Virus record (IMG/VR): IMGVR_UViG_3300034279_000305
Coordinates: 1 to 64,000 of that record
Length of the DNA stretch: 64,000 bases
Origin: a virus
Reading direction: 5' to 3' (one strand)
Every line of letters begins with the position of its first letter. Positions within the stretch are counted from its first letter, which is position 1. Below are positions 8,845-18,550 of the stretch, piece by piece. Below the pieces are notes generated by a model. It saw only the letters and a program-made list of their open reading frames with translations. It did no database searches and was not told the DNA's origin. The position numbers and the translations under genes were made by a program.

Positions 8845-9842
8845 CCAAATAAATCCTCTAATCCAACTGATTTCTGTTCAACATCGAACATCCAATTCAT
8901 TCTATCTAGTGTTCCAGATCGAACGTATTCACCACACTTGTCCTTATTAACACCATATCGCGAAAGCAGTCGAGAGTCAAGTGTTTCTTCGCGAGATTGC
9001 CATAAAACATTCCACTCAATACCATACCAACCGTCTGCTGCTACCTTATTGATCTCGTCTGCTTGACGATCTAGATAAAAACCTAGATATCGCGACGACC
9101 TTTCTCGGAAGATTTTCTTGAACGAGCAAAGACAGGTTTCCATAGTAAATGCGTCGAACTGTGGTGCAAGAGTTGGATACCGATGACGCAATTCATCCAG
9201 AATCGACTGAGACTCAGCTTCCAACCACTGGTATTCTTTCGGGGTGAGTTTACCATTAATCCATTCTTCCTTATTAAGAGCATAACAGAGACCATTGCGG
9301 TGCGACTTGCTACCTGAATAGTCATTCAGCATTAGACTGGTAGGTTCAATCTTAATTCCTGCAGTATGCTTTAGATGCTGCATATAGAACCAAGTCGTAT
9401 AACGACCGAACTTGTGATAATTGGTATTGATAACCTTCCAAAGATTATCGAAGTTTTGCTGTTCATTATCGCCGTAGTGAGATTCTAGAACTTCACGCTG
9501 CGATTTCTTGCCCATAAACTTCTGATACGACTCGAACATAGAAGGCAAATGCCCTTTATTGTATTTCGTATCTGTTTGATAACGAAGTCTTTTATAGTTT
9601 TCGTTATTCCACCATGTAATACGGTCTACAGTCGCAAGTTCGTAGTCTGGGAACTCATTCTTGAGCACCCAAGATGTTGGAAGGTAATAGGTGTTACCGT
9701 ATAACCAGCACAACCAAATACGTTCTTCGTCATTGTGTTCATATCGCTTATTGAGGTAGTTGGTCTGCCAGACCGAAGGATCGCAATCCTTGTGACTAAC
9801 AGACCAAGCATACCAGCGAATGAACAATTCGCGATTATTCAT
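8841..9842 (-). CDS. Alpha-glutamyl/putrescinyl-thymine pyrophosphorylase clade 2 / amino acid:DNA transferase
   Basis: DCDP, WLCWLYGNTY, LRYQTDTKYNKG, FGRYTTWFYMQHL, GSKSHRNGL, METCLCSFKK, RYLGFYLDRQ. Confidence 0.8.
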   Translation of the reverse strand: MNNRELFIRWYAWSVSHKDCDPSVWQTNYLNKRYEHNDEERIWLCWLYGNTYYLPTSWVLKNEFPDYELATVDRITWWNNENYKRLRYQTDTKYNKGHLPSMFESYQKFMGKKSQREVLESHYGDNEQQNFDNLWKVINTNYHKFGRYTTWFYMQHLKHTAGIKIEPTSLMLNDYSGSKSHRNGLCYALNKEEWINGKLTPKEYQWLEAESQSILDELRHRYPTLAPQFDAFTMETCLCSFKKIFRERSSRYLGFYLDRQADEINKVAADGWYGIEWNVLWQSREETLDSRLLSRYGVNKDKCGEYVRSGTLDRMNWMFDVEQKSVGLEDLFG

Positions 9843-11380
9843 TCAACATAATCTTCTGCAGCAATCCACTCACCAGTTTCCTCGTCATGATACGAGTCGG
9901 TTTTTTTATCGTAATAGTGCGTAATCTTACCATCATCATATATTGGAGTAATGGTATTGCACTCGTCGTATGCTGGAATTTCCATATCAATTTCTGTCAT
10001 CATGTTTTTGGTAAATGAATCTAAAAGAATAATTTTAAGATTACATCTAGGATTCATTCTTTTAACTGATGCAGTTAGTTTTTTAAAATATGTATCCCAA
10101 TTCTCATAATCTGTTAATCCAGCGTGATGCGTAATGATTACACCATCCCAGATATCCGCCTGTCCCATCTTATTTAGAACACCACCAACACCAGCATTAT
10201 AAATCGCACCAGAGGTTACTGTAATACTGGCATGATTAGGATACTTCAAGTCAATTTCTTTTTGAATGTGAGTTAGATCAGTTTTAGAGTATATCTGGTA
10301 ATTCATCTCAGCAATTGCCTGATCAGTTTTAATTCGCTCAATCGCCTTCTTCAAATTAGATGAAATGACTGCCCGTGTCCAAACAGGATCGAATTGATGC
10401 GTTACGCTTAACTTAAACTTATCGCTCTGCAGTAAAGTAAATTTATCGTCGTCAAGATCCTTGAGTTTCTTCGCATAACTCTGGATGATTGCACGCTGGC
10501 AGTCAGCAGGTGTATTCCCCTTCTTCTTAAATGGTTTATGATTTGCTAGGTTTCCGTAATAATCGATTGTGCAATCATCGTCATCAAAATCACTGCTATT
10601 GATATAGATGACGGGTGCGCTAATCCAACCTGCATCAAGCGCCGCACGAGAAGTATGGTTCCCATCAATAATTAATTTTGTTCCGTCTGGATATACGACA
10701 ACAACAATCGGTTGAACATGTTTTCTCGCCTCAGCAGGATCAGACCGCATCTGGGTTGCAATTTCATCAACATGTGCAGGATCATACAATTCTGCACGAA
10801 CCTGATTGTGTCCAAATTCTGCAATTACGGTAATGGGTTCTTCAATTGTCGTATAATAACCGTTCTTAACCAACTTGAGAATTTTCTTAGCAAGTTTTGT
10901 ATTAGCAAGAGCAAAAACATCAACAGGTTTCGGTGCAGGTTCAATACCATTGATCCAATCGATACCAACCTTAGAATGTTCGACAGTAATTATGGACATA
11001 TCTAAAATACCTCCATCACCACCACCACCATTACTGGAGTTATACCACATATCATTACGACGAGCATCAGCAGATTTTAGTAGATACCGCTCAAGGATAA
11101 TAGCAATTCTGGCAGAACCAAAATAAAGAATTGTTCTACGAAGATGACCTAATGACCATGCTCGTTGAAGTTCTGGATTTTTAGAAGAGAAAATATATCC
11201 ATCATCAACATCTGCGCTCTTACGAAATCCGATATAACGCTTGCCAGTTACAAAGTCATACCAACCATAAACATATCCTTTGGTCTTAGCAGAAATTGTA
11301 GATAATAGTTCTTCTATCTCATAATCACAATCGTCAAAACTAGAAACTTCCTTGATTTGCGGGGTGCGTGTCATTGCCAT
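9839..11380 (-). CDS. GIY-YIG-like N-terminal domain fused to a ParB-like domain
   Basis: GYVYGWYDFVTGKRYIGFRK...DDGYIFSS; PIVVVVYPDGTKLIIDGNHTSRAA. Confidence 0.6.
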   Translation of the reverse strand: MAMTRTPQIKEVSSFDDCDYEIEELLSTISAKTKGYVYGWYDFVTGKRYIGFRKSADVDDGYIFSSKNPELQRAWSLGHLRRTILYFGSARIAIILERYLLKSADARRNDMWYNSSNGGGGDGGILDMSIITVEHSKVGIDWINGIEPAPKPVDVFALANTKLAKKILKLVKNGYYTTIEEPITVIAEFGHNQVRAELYDPAHVDEIATQMRSDPAEARKHVQPIVVVVYPDGTKLIIDGNHTSRAALDAGWISAPVIYINSSDFDDDDCTIDYYGNLANHKPFKKKGNTPADCQRAIIQSYAKKLKDLDDDKFTLLQSDKFKLSVTHQFDPVWTRAVISSNLKKAIERIKTDQAIAEMNYQIYSKTDLTHIQKEIDLKYPNHASITVTSGAIYNAGVGGVLNKMGQADIWDGVIITHHAGLTDYENWDTYFKKLTASVKRMNPRCNLKIILLDSFTKNMMTEIDMEIPAYDECNTITPIYDDGKITHYYDKKTDSYHDEETGEWIAAEDYVE

Positions 11381-11412
11381 AATATAAAAAATCCTTCATA
11401 ATTTAGACAACC

Positions 11413-11441
11413 ATTATACTAAACTTTAGGGGAAAAGTAAA
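11413..11441 (-). promoter_or_regulatory. Sigma70-type promoter for the GIY-YIG/ParB gene
   Basis: TTTACT-17 bp-TATAAT, overlapping the GNAT 3' end. Confidence 0.6.
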
Positions 11442-11971
11442 GGGTTTTCTTCAAGTTTCGCAAATACTTTTACGCATCCGCCTTTACCCTTTCTAAACAC
11501 TGCTTTGTTAATGACAGTATCGTTGATGTCATACAGACCATCTTGGTAGGTTGGACCGTTGAGTTTGAACATGGACAGTTGACTGCCTGATTTCTGCTCA
11601 CCGAGGAAAGTAAATCCACATTTCTCGTAGAATTGGACTGCATCTGCTTCTGCAGAAACTCGGAAGTATGCAGCGTTGTATCGATGCGCCTCAGCAATAG
11701 CAAAGTCACACAACGTCCTGCCAACACCCTTACCACGCGAGGCATAGAATGTGTGAAGTAACTGCAGGTTGGCAATGATGGGAGTTCGCTTAGAGAATGA
11801 TACGATGATAGCGCCGAGAAGATTATCATCTTCCCAGACGCCCATACAGTTATCCCAGAGTTCTTGCATGTCTGCCTTTGCGACAAAAGTCTTTGCAAAG
11901 GAATCTTGCTTCTGAGTTGTAATGTGTTTACTAAATTCTTCGCGACTGGTTCGACGCAACCTAGACAACAT
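11426..11971 (-). CDS. GNAT-family N-acetyltransferase
   Basis: Acetyl-CoA motif LHTFYASRGKGVGRTL and AVQFYEKCGF; start placed at the ATG overlapping the amidoligase 3' end. Confidence 0.85.
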   Translation of the reverse strand: MLSRLRRTSREEFSKHITTQKQDSFAKTFVAKADMQELWDNCMGVWEDDNLLGAIIVSFSKRTPIIANLQLLHTFYASRGKGVGRTLCDFAIAEAHRYNAAYFRVSAEADAVQFYEKCGFTFLGEQKSGSQLSMFKLNGPTYQDGLYDINDTVINKAVFRKGKGGCVKVFAKLEENPLLFP

Positions 11972-12848
11972 CGTGGAATTCTCGCTTCTTCTCACCGCGA
12001 GACTTGTCATACTTGGTATTAATCCAACCAGCGTATTCGTTAAGATCCCAGATGAATGGAGGGAAGTCAAAGTCGTAGTAATCTAGGATTTCCCTTACAC
12101 TCGCCCAACTGCCATTCAATGCAGCATCAATAAACGCAGTCGCGAACTTGAACTGATCTTCAATCTGCTTACGATCGGTAGTTGAACGGAAGCAACGGAA
12201 CTCAATCGTACCAGTATGCTTCATGCAATACATGTTGATCGCATAACGGAAAGGACGACCCATGGAAACGCCATCTTTACCTGCTGCATGCATCTTAATA
12301 AACGAATCGAAGTCAGTTGCAAGGTTAGCAATGTTATCACACATGTAATCAGGCATCTCACGACCACCGTCAAACTTGAGATATGTCGTAGCACCCTTTG
12401 CTGACTTCATACCACCACCATCGCGGAACTGATAACACGCTTCAATAGTGTCTTTCTGGTTTGCCTTGATAAACGCAGTAAGACGCTTCAGTGCATCAAT
12501 GTCATCTTTCAGACCTGGAACAAAAACGTGAAGGTGTCCATGGTTGACGCAGGATGCAGTTGGTTCGTTGCCGAAATCGACAAACAACTCATGAATTTGC
12601 ATGATGCGATCAACCTGCTCCTCCCACGTGCGAGTTGGTTTGGTATTAATCTCGCCACCAAAAGGAGGTTCCACCCCCAATGGGTCACACGCGACAAAAC
12701 GATACGGTTTGTGAATGTTTACAATGTCAGTTTCCGCAAACTCCCATGCACCAAGTTCTTCTGGAATCTCAACACGACGATCTATGTCCCCCCACTCAAT
12801 TTCGTACCCATAAGTGAAGTCTTCAGTATCATATTTCATATTTACCAT
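11961..12848 (-). CDS. Putative amidoligase (COOH-NH2 ligase family)
   Basis: TYGYEIEW, GGEINTKP, HGHLHV, TIEFRCFRSTT; adjacent to a GATase. Confidence 0.8.
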   Translation of the reverse strand: MVNMKYDTEDFTYGYEIEWGDIDRRVEIPEELGAWEFAETDIVNIHKPYRFVACDPLGVEPPFGGEINTKPTRTWEEQVDRIMQIHELFVDFGNEPTASCVNHGHLHVFVPGLKDDIDALKRLTAFIKANQKDTIEACYQFRDGGGMKSAKGATTYLKFDGGREMPDYMCDNIANLATDFDSFIKMHAAGKDGVSMGRPFRYAINMYCMKHTGTIEFRCFRSTTDRKQIEDQFKFATAFIDAALNGSWASVREILDYYDFDFPPFIWDLNEYAGWINTKYDKSRGEKKREFHDVV

Positions 12849-13524
12849 ATTGCAAGTCCTTATTATTAGTATTTACTGCTGTTTCAGTAATTTCACCATC
12901 AGAAACAGTATAAACTATATTCATGTCACAGTCAATAGTTTTTTCTACACCTGCACGATTAAAAATATCATGAGTAGAAGCAACAATTACGCCATTTTCA
13001 GTTCTATACTGTGTAAGTGGGCGTTTACCATTGCGGTAGAAGCGAAAAATCTTGTCAGAATGAACTTCACACGCTGAAATTGACGCATCAGGCCAACGTT
13101 CAAGTGGATTTTCACCATTTTCAACGGTTTTTAGCAAAAGTTCGCTGTCATTTCGGGTTTCAGTCGCGTAAGAACTAATTTTTGACCAATTTTCGGGTAA
13201 TTCTTGTGTAATTACACCGTTATGCACGATTGCAACCTTGTCAGTGAACAATGGTTGGTTAAATTCTAGGTCTGAAGTGCTATAACGACAGTGTGCAACC
13301 ATATAAAGGTTGCCATCTTCATTCAACATGCTATACATGTCAATGCCAGCAAGGAATTCATCCGCTGGAAGTGGTGCTTTGATGGTAAAGATTGTGTTTT
13401 TGCGAACAAACGACACACCTGTTGCGTGTAACCCCCGAATACGAGACTCGGAGATAACACGCTTCAGAAGCATCATGTCTTCAGCGTTGGGATTTTGAAG
13501 AAATGCGCCGACAACACCGCACAT
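12829..13524 (-). CDS. Class II (Ntn) glutamine amidotransferase
   Basis: N-terminal MCGVVG, RGLHATG, HCRYSTS, HNGVI, NDSE, RNGKRPL. Confidence 0.9.
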   Translation of the reverse strand: MCGVVGAFLQNPNAEDMMLLKRVISESRIRGLHATGVSFVRKNTIFTIKAPLPADEFLAGIDMYSMLNEDGNLYMVAHCRYSTSDLEFNQPLFTDKVAIVHNGVITQELPENWSKISSYATETRNDSELLLKTVENGENPLERWPDASISACEVHSDKIFRFYRNGKRPLTQYRTENGVIVASTHDIFNRAGVEKTIDCDMNIVYTVSDGEITETAVNTNNKDLQYGKYEI

Positions 13525-14861
13525 TAGAACAAATCCTCTAGTGAAGACTCCACCTTGAACGCTGCAGGGTGGAACTTTTCTACAATTTCACGACCCATCT
13601 TACCTTCGAGGTATTCATACCACTCAGGTTCGTCCCACATTCCAGGCGAAACGCCATTCCAGAGTGGGCGATAGAACTTGTGGTTGCGATCCATTCGACG
13701 ATCGGTTACAAACTGTTCGCGAGTCTGCTCATATTCCCATGGTCCAAGATCTAGCATTGCTTCGCGGAAATAGCAAACCAACGAAATGCGTTCAGCATCT
13801 GGAGTATCTAGAACAATCTCAGTATTAGCATGCATAATCTCGTGATTGTTAACAAGCAAAAGATCTCCTGGACGAACGTTCACTGCCATACGATATTCTG
13901 GGAATACCAGATAACCACCAGTATAGTTACCCTTACCAACTACCAGAAGATTCGACAATCCGCTATCTAGATCGCCAGCATCTCGGTGACACGCAGTGCG
14001 GAAAGTCTTGTTGACAGTAATGGTGGTAAACACTGTCTCGGGAACGAGGAAGCGAGGGTCCAACTTGTCTGCCGCTGCTCGTTGATTACCCCAACGCCAC
14101 GGTAGGAGTTCCTTAAAACCTCTGTCTAGAGACTGGAGGAACGGGAACGAAAGAGCAAACTTCTCTGGTTCGTCACGAGTATACGAAGTAGCACGACCGA
14201 AGGGAATACGAGGATAACGGTCGAACCAACCAGCAACGCCAGAGAATACTGACTTCGCATAGTTAGTCTGCGAAACCCACTTAGTGGCAATCATCTTCGC
14301 TTCTTCTGCGCACTGCTCCTTGGTCTTATTATGAAGACCGTCGACCCACTTATCGAACCAACCGAAGTATTCGGGATATGTCTTACAGACCTGACTGCGC
14401 AACCAGACCTGTCCTCGAGTCTCGTCCTCGGTAGAACGACCTGCGCCTTCATACTTCTTACGGATAGACTCAATGGAAAGGTCGTCAATCAAACGTCCAT
14501 CGGTATTCATCAGGAAGTCTAGAACCTCGAGTTCGTAACTGGTAACCCAATCACGCCCACCACGACCCTCTACGCCAAGAAGTTCTCCGCGAGGTCCAGC
14601 AGCGAGTCCACGATTCTGGGATTCTTTTGCTGCCTCGCGGAGACCGATGTATGCGGAATCTCGTTCTTCCTGCGTAAACCAGTTCTTACGAAACTTGAAC
14701 GCAATACGCTGTTCGTCGCCAAGACTTGGAGAACCGAATACCGATTCCATGTAGCAGTCTGTGTCTTCATTAATAACAATGTCATAATGACTGTCATCAA
14801 CATATTGACCGAGCAAATGCTCACAGTCAAGTTTAGACTCAGCAACAATAATTTTTACCAT
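13524..14861 (-). CDS. TET/JBP-family 2OG-Fe(II) dioxygenase
   Basis: FTTITVNKTFRTACHRDAGD (HxD), YTGGYLVFPEY, GDLLLVNNHEIMHANT (distal His), RISLVCYFRE (2OG-binding Arg). Confidence 0.88.
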   Translation of the reverse strand: MVKIIVAESKLDCEHLLGQYVDDSHYDIVINEDTDCYMESVFGSPSLGDEQRIAFKFRKNWFTQEERDSAYIGLREAAKESQNRGLAAGPRGELLGVEGRGGRDWVTSYELEVLDFLMNTDGRLIDDLSIESIRKKYEGAGRSTEDETRGQVWLRSQVCKTYPEYFGWFDKWVDGLHNKTKEQCAEEAKMIATKWVSQTNYAKSVFSGVAGWFDRYPRIPFGRATSYTRDEPEKFALSFPFLQSLDRGFKELLPWRWGNQRAAADKLDPRFLVPETVFTTITVNKTFRTACHRDAGDLDSGLSNLLVVGKGNYTGGYLVFPEYRMAVNVRPGDLLLVNNHEIMHANTEIVLDTPDAERISLVCYFREAMLDLGPWEYEQTREQFVTDRRMDRNHKFYRPLWNGVSPGMWDEPEWYEYLEGKMGREIVEKFHPAAFKVESSLEDLF

Positions 14862-14910
14862 AATATCTCCAAAACTTTTCTTACATTATATGTAGGCAAC
14901 TTTAAATACT

Positions 14911-14939
14911 ACTATACTAGATTTCTCGACAAATGTCAA
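14911..14939 (-). promoter_or_regulatory. Sigma70-type promoter heading the TET/JBP operon
   Basis: TTGACA-17 bp-TATAGT. Confidence 0.7.
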
Positions 14940-15496
14940 GTCTTTTTCAGCACATCGTCAAAAGAAATCGGCGTGTAGTTAATCTGCTCCACGCATACAC
15001 ACAGGTAGCGAGGGTCTGGTTCGGTAACAAGTCCAGTCATGTAACCATGAACCATGTTGGTTCTTGTATGCATGATCCGATTACCATGCAGGTGACCGTG
15101 GACGTTGCGCTTGAACCGCTCACCTACACAGTCTGGGTGAAGAGGAATATGAGACAGGATGAACTGATCCACAAACACGCGAACGCCATGAATCTGCTCG
15201 AACCCTGCCCCATAATAATCCTTATCCTTGTAAATGTCATGATTTCCACGGATAAGGATTTTCCGCCCATTCAGACGCTTCACTGTTTCCAGATGGCGTC
15301 GGGCGATTACTACATCCCCAAGATGATACACTGTATCTTGCGGACGAACTGTCTTGTTCCAGTTGTCTACCATTGCCTCGTCCATCTCCTCGGTGGAGGT
15401 GAAAGGACGGAGAGGACTACCATCCTCTAGGGTAAACTTTTCCCATGTGCTGGTATGTCCAAAATGGGTATCACTGATTAGAAATCTAGCTGGCAT
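14936..15496 (-). CDS. Calcineurin-like metallophosphoesterase
   Basis: SDTHFGH, HLGDV, RGNHD, SHIPLH, VHGHLH. Confidence 0.9.
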   Translation of the reverse strand: MPARFLISDTHFGHTSTWEKFTLEDGSPLRPFTSTEEMDEAMVDNWNKTVRPQDTVYHLGDVVIARRHLETVKRLNGRKILIRGNHDIYKDKDYYGAGFEQIHGVRVFVDQFILSHIPLHPDCVGERFKRNVHGHLHGNRIMHTRTNMVHGYMTGLVTEPDPRYLCVCVEQINYTPISFDDVLKKT

Positions 15497-15635
15497 TTTG
15501 CTTTCCGTTGTATATTCGTGTTGCTTCTACACTGAGCGACAATACGGCAGTTGCATTGATACGACAAGCGATGTTCAAAACAATCCACTTAGCGATGTAT
15601 GCAGTGATACGTTCTTTGCGACTTAAATTCATCAT
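15486..15635 (-). CDS. Small hypothetical protein
   Basis: ATG overlaps the upstream stop codon and follows a GGAGG RBS. Confidence 0.5.
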   Translation of the reverse strand: MMNLSRKERITAYIAKWIVLNIACRINATAVLSLSVEATRIYNGKQNAS

Positions 15636-16102
15636 GCTGCCTCCTGTGCTGCACACCACTTGTGATAAAGACCGACTTCGCGACCATATGCCTCGATCTC
15701 CCAAGGAGAATCGAAATAGGCATCTTCCTTGCCCTTTGGTTTCCAGATTTGACCCATCCACTTGCTGTAGATTTTGAGACCACCACGAGCAGCGACCGCA
15801 TGACCAGTCGCGAGTTCGTTCTTCGCGTGTTGCTTGACGTGAACCATCTCGTGACCAAGAACCTTGATCATTTCATTCACGTCTTGGTTCTTGAGACCGA
15901 TCGTGAACCAGCGAGGGTTCTTCGTGCCGTCCTCATCGACGCACTCACCTTCGAGGTCAAAGTTTTTCCAAACTTCGATATCTAGTGTCAGATTTTGAAC
16001 CATACGAGGGTCCATCAGTTGCGCTGCAAAAAACTCTGCTGCTTTAATCAACTTCGCTTTCTCGGCGCGACGACCAATCATTCCCGTTACTGTGATATTC
16101 AT
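15632..16102 (-). CDS. HExxH zinc metalloprotease-like protein
   Basis: LGHEMVHVKQ...SPWEIEAY; RBS and promoter upstream. Confidence 0.75.
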   Translation of the reverse strand: MNITVTGMIGRRAEKAKLIKAAEFFAAQLMDPRMVQNLTLDIEVWKNFDLEGECVDEDGTKNPRWFTIGLKNQDVNEMIKVLGHEMVHVKQHAKNELATGHAVAARGGLKIYSKWMGQIWKPKGKEDAYFDSPWEIEAYGREVGLYHKWCAAQEAA

Positions 16103-16130
16103 ATTCAATTCCTTCATAACCAATACAGAC

Positions 16131-16159
16131 AGTATACCCCAAAACGCAACAGAAGTCAA
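16131..16159 (-). promoter_or_regulatory. Early promoter
   Basis: TTGACT-17 bp-TATACT with TTTTGGGG just before the -10 box. Confidence 0.8.
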
Positions 16160-16365
16160 GCCCCTATTAGGTCGTCGAGCACAATATTAATTATTTCTTC
16201 GAAGTCATCATCAGGGTGAAGGCGAGTTCCTGCCCAGACATTCATCATAAGTCCATCAACATATTCACGGAGTTCTTCACCATGAGTACCAGAGACGCAT
16301 TCATAGATGTAGTCAAAGGCATCAGGTGCAATGGCGAGAGCATCAAGTATTTTTTGTTCAGTCAT
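16156..16365 (-). CDS. Hypothetical early protein
   Basis: AAGGA RBS; lies downstream of a promoter. Confidence 0.65.
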   Translation of the reverse strand: MTEQKILDALAIAPDAFDYIYECVSGTHGEELREYVDGLMMNVWAGTRLHPDDDFEEIINIVLDDLIGA

Positions 16366-16392
16366 ATCAATTTCCTTTTTTATCATATACAC

Positions 16393-16421
16393 AGTATACC
16401 CCAAAACAAGGCAGAAGTCAA
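16393..16421 (-). promoter_or_regulatory. Early promoter
   Basis: TTGACT-17 bp-TATACT, nearly identical to 16131-16159. Confidence 0.8.
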
Positions 16422-16443
16422 GCCCTCATTTGTCTTTTTTCAA

Positions 16444-17196
16444 TTATATTTTGTCCAAAAAACGAGAAGCAACCACTTCGTTCCACTCTCTCCCTGGATG
16501 CATCAGGTCTCGACCCTCAATGCGATTGATCGTTAAATCACCACTAACATTCTCCATTGGCATCTCTATTAGCGGAACGCCAATGCTATTACAGATGGTC
16601 TGAACCCCCATCACGTTCTTCAACTGATTCATCTCTGCGTTAGCAGGGTGCGACAACCAACCATGGTAAAATTCGTTAATCTTGGCAGTAACAGAATCTG
16701 GTAGATACGATGCATTCGGCATAATATTCAGAATATGGTTATCCAACACGATTTCCATCCTCCCTACTTTGGGTGTTAGCATCATAACATACTTCGGACG
16801 CAATAGTGGAATCCAGTGGTGTGCCAAACGAAAACACGTATCCGACGACCCCGCTCCTATACCAAGGTTATAATGACGAAGTCCAAGGCTACTCGCTACT
16901 TTATACGTCCAACTACTTTCTAGATCTACACCTATCCCTGCAGTAAGGGAACACCCAAGGAAAAGCACAGAGTCGTTCGGTTCGTAAGTAAACTCCTCAG
17001 ACCGAAACCCATCTTTATTGAATGTGTAAGAAATACTGTCTCGCGTCCATCCATACTCCTCTAGCAATGCTCGTTTTGCTGGGTCTGCCATGTTGGCATC
17101 AAAACGGTCTTCAGAGTCAGACTGACTCCACTTTACCGTCTTGCCTGCATGTCCGAGGTTTATACTATACCAACTTTGTCCGTAACTCTTAGTCAT
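16444..17196 (-). CDS. SGNH-hydrolase-like protein
   Basis: FLGCSLTAG block, NLGIGAGS, C-terminal DLMHPG. Confidence 0.6.
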   Translation of the reverse strand: MTKSYGQSWYSINLGHAGKTVKWSQSDSEDRFDANMADPAKRALLEEYGWTRDSISYTFNKDGFRSEEFTYEPNDSVLFLGCSLTAGIGVDLESSWTYKVASSLGLRHYNLGIGAGSSDTCFRLAHHWIPLLRPKYVMMLTPKVGRMEIVLDNHILNIMPNASYLPDSVTAKINEFYHGWLSHPANAEMNQLKNVMGVQTICNSIGVPLIEMPMENVSGDLTINRIEGRDLMHPGREWNEVVASRFLDKI

Positions 17197-17730
17197 TTAA
17201 CTCTTCCATTGTTTCCATTCTTCTACTGGAACCCTCTCCCGAGTTGCCATCAATTGGTTATAAACCTCAACGCATCGTTCCAAGTCCTGTAGAGTGTATA
17301 CCGAATTCTCTACATAAACATCTGCTGCAGTTGTAGTATAGTGTCGTGTATTCGTTCGAACAGACTGCTTCTGCATAGTATCTATCCTAGGAATATACTG
17401 CTCGAGGTCATAGAAATCTATAATACGAAAATTAACATCGATAAAGTCAATGGTAAGAAATCTATTTACTTTTAGATTATGTAGATACGGTGCAGAATGT
17501 CGAGCAAACTCCTCGAGTCGTAACTTCGGTGGTCCATTGCATAAGAATGGCATAGAGGAAACAACACGGTCTATAGGGTTACGAAGAACCAATATGGGAT
17601 TGTGGTGCAGCATCCAGTCGCGCATACCAAACCCGTGTGGTGTTTCCTGTTTAAAGTAGTTAAACATGTTGGTAGACCCACAGCGAAGGTTTGCCATGAC
17701 AGCACAATTACGATTGCAATGGATAAACAT
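17197..17730 (-). CDS. Sulfotransferase-like protein (paralog of 19498-19992)
   Basis: RCGSTNM (5'-PSB-like) and LRNPIDRVVS (3'-PB-like). Confidence 0.55.
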   Translation of the reverse strand: MFIHCNRNCAVMANLRCGSTNMFNYFKQETPHGFGMRDWMLHHNPILVLRNPIDRVVSSMPFLCNGPPKLRLEEFARHSAPYLHNLKVNRFLTIDFIDVNFRIIDFYDLEQYIPRIDTMQKQSVRTNTRHYTTTAADVYVENSVYTLQDLERCVEVYNQLMATRERVPVEEWKQWKS

Positions 17731-17934
17731 GTTGAACCTTTTAGAGTCCTAATCTGGCCGCAAAAAAATTAATTCGGCATTATATAGGAAAGTGTGTAGC
17801 GGGAGAGGGAAGTGTTTTTGATCGAAGACTGAGACGATGTTGAAGCAAGTGGGCGCTTAACCCCTCGTGCGGCTCGGGTACCTTGTCCAACTTTCCATAG
17901 CTCACTTTCTCTGGAGAGAGTACTGCTACCTCAC

Positions 17935-18177
17935 TTACACGCCACGTGGGACGCGAAGGAGGCGCATGACGTCTTTGTCAAGATAGTCACCCAGAGCAGT
18001 CCACTGACGGAAAGCGACACACTCGGTCATTCGAGCAGCGCAACGGTCGATGTTGGCACAACCTTCGCAGGGAACATCACGTGTGTTCTCTGGGGTGTTC
18101 AGGGGAAGGAGGGCATTCGCCGACCGACCCTTGAGGTAATCTTGTTCACAACCAACGGAGAAATATTCGGTATTCAT
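17935..18177 (-). CDS. Cys-rich hypothetical early protein
   Basis: CEGC..C..C pattern; strong RBS and promoter. Confidence 0.65.
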   Translation of the reverse strand: MNTEYFSVGCEQDYLKGRSANALLPLNTPENTRDVPCEGCANIDRCAARMTECVAFRQWTALGDYLDKDVMRLLRVPRGV

Positions 18178-18206
18178 AATAACTTTTCCTTTTTAACTAT
18201 ACTACC

Positions 18207-18235
18207 AGTATACCCTATTTTTGGGATAAAGTCAA
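18207..18235 (-). promoter_or_regulatory. Early promoter
   Basis: TTGACT-17 bp-TATACT. Confidence 0.8.
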
Positions 18236-18239
18236 CAAC

Positions 18240-18392
18240 TCATTTGCCTTTTCCTGAATTAATTTCAATTATCCTGTCCCAATTGATATTGTACGGTAAT
18301 TTCATGTCGCGGAACTCAATGAGTTGTGCTACCTTGTCTTCCGCTTGTTGAAATATCTTGTAAACGTCTGCTAGTGTGTATTCGTAAGCCAT
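18240..18392 (-). CDS. Small hypothetical protein (50 aa)
   Basis: Hand translation MAYEYTLADVYKIFQQAEDK...GKGK*; AAAGG RBS; downstream of a promoter. Confidence 0.6.
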   Translation of the reverse strand: MAYEYTLADVYKIFQQAEDKVAQLIEFRDMKLPYNINWDRIIEINSGKGK

Positions 18393-18425
18393 AATTTAAA
18401 CCTTTCTTTCAAAGACGACATAGTC

Positions 18426-18454
18426 AGTATACCTCGATTTGCTGTGGAAGTCAA
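18426..18454 (-). promoter_or_regulatory. Early promoter
   Basis: TTGACT-17 bp-TATACT. Confidence 0.75.
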
Positions 18455-18477
18455 CACTTTTCTTCATCTTATTACAA

Positions 18478-18513
18478 ATAAAATGATCCCCCTGCCATTG
18501 CTGACAGAGGGAC
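18478..18513 (-). terminator. Rho-independent terminator
   Basis: GTCCCTCTGTCA-GCAA-TGGCAGGGGGAT hairpin followed by CATTTTATTT. Confidence 0.7.
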
Positions 18514-18550
18514 CATGGGGTGCACAGAGAGGAAAAGGAAAGGAAACTCC

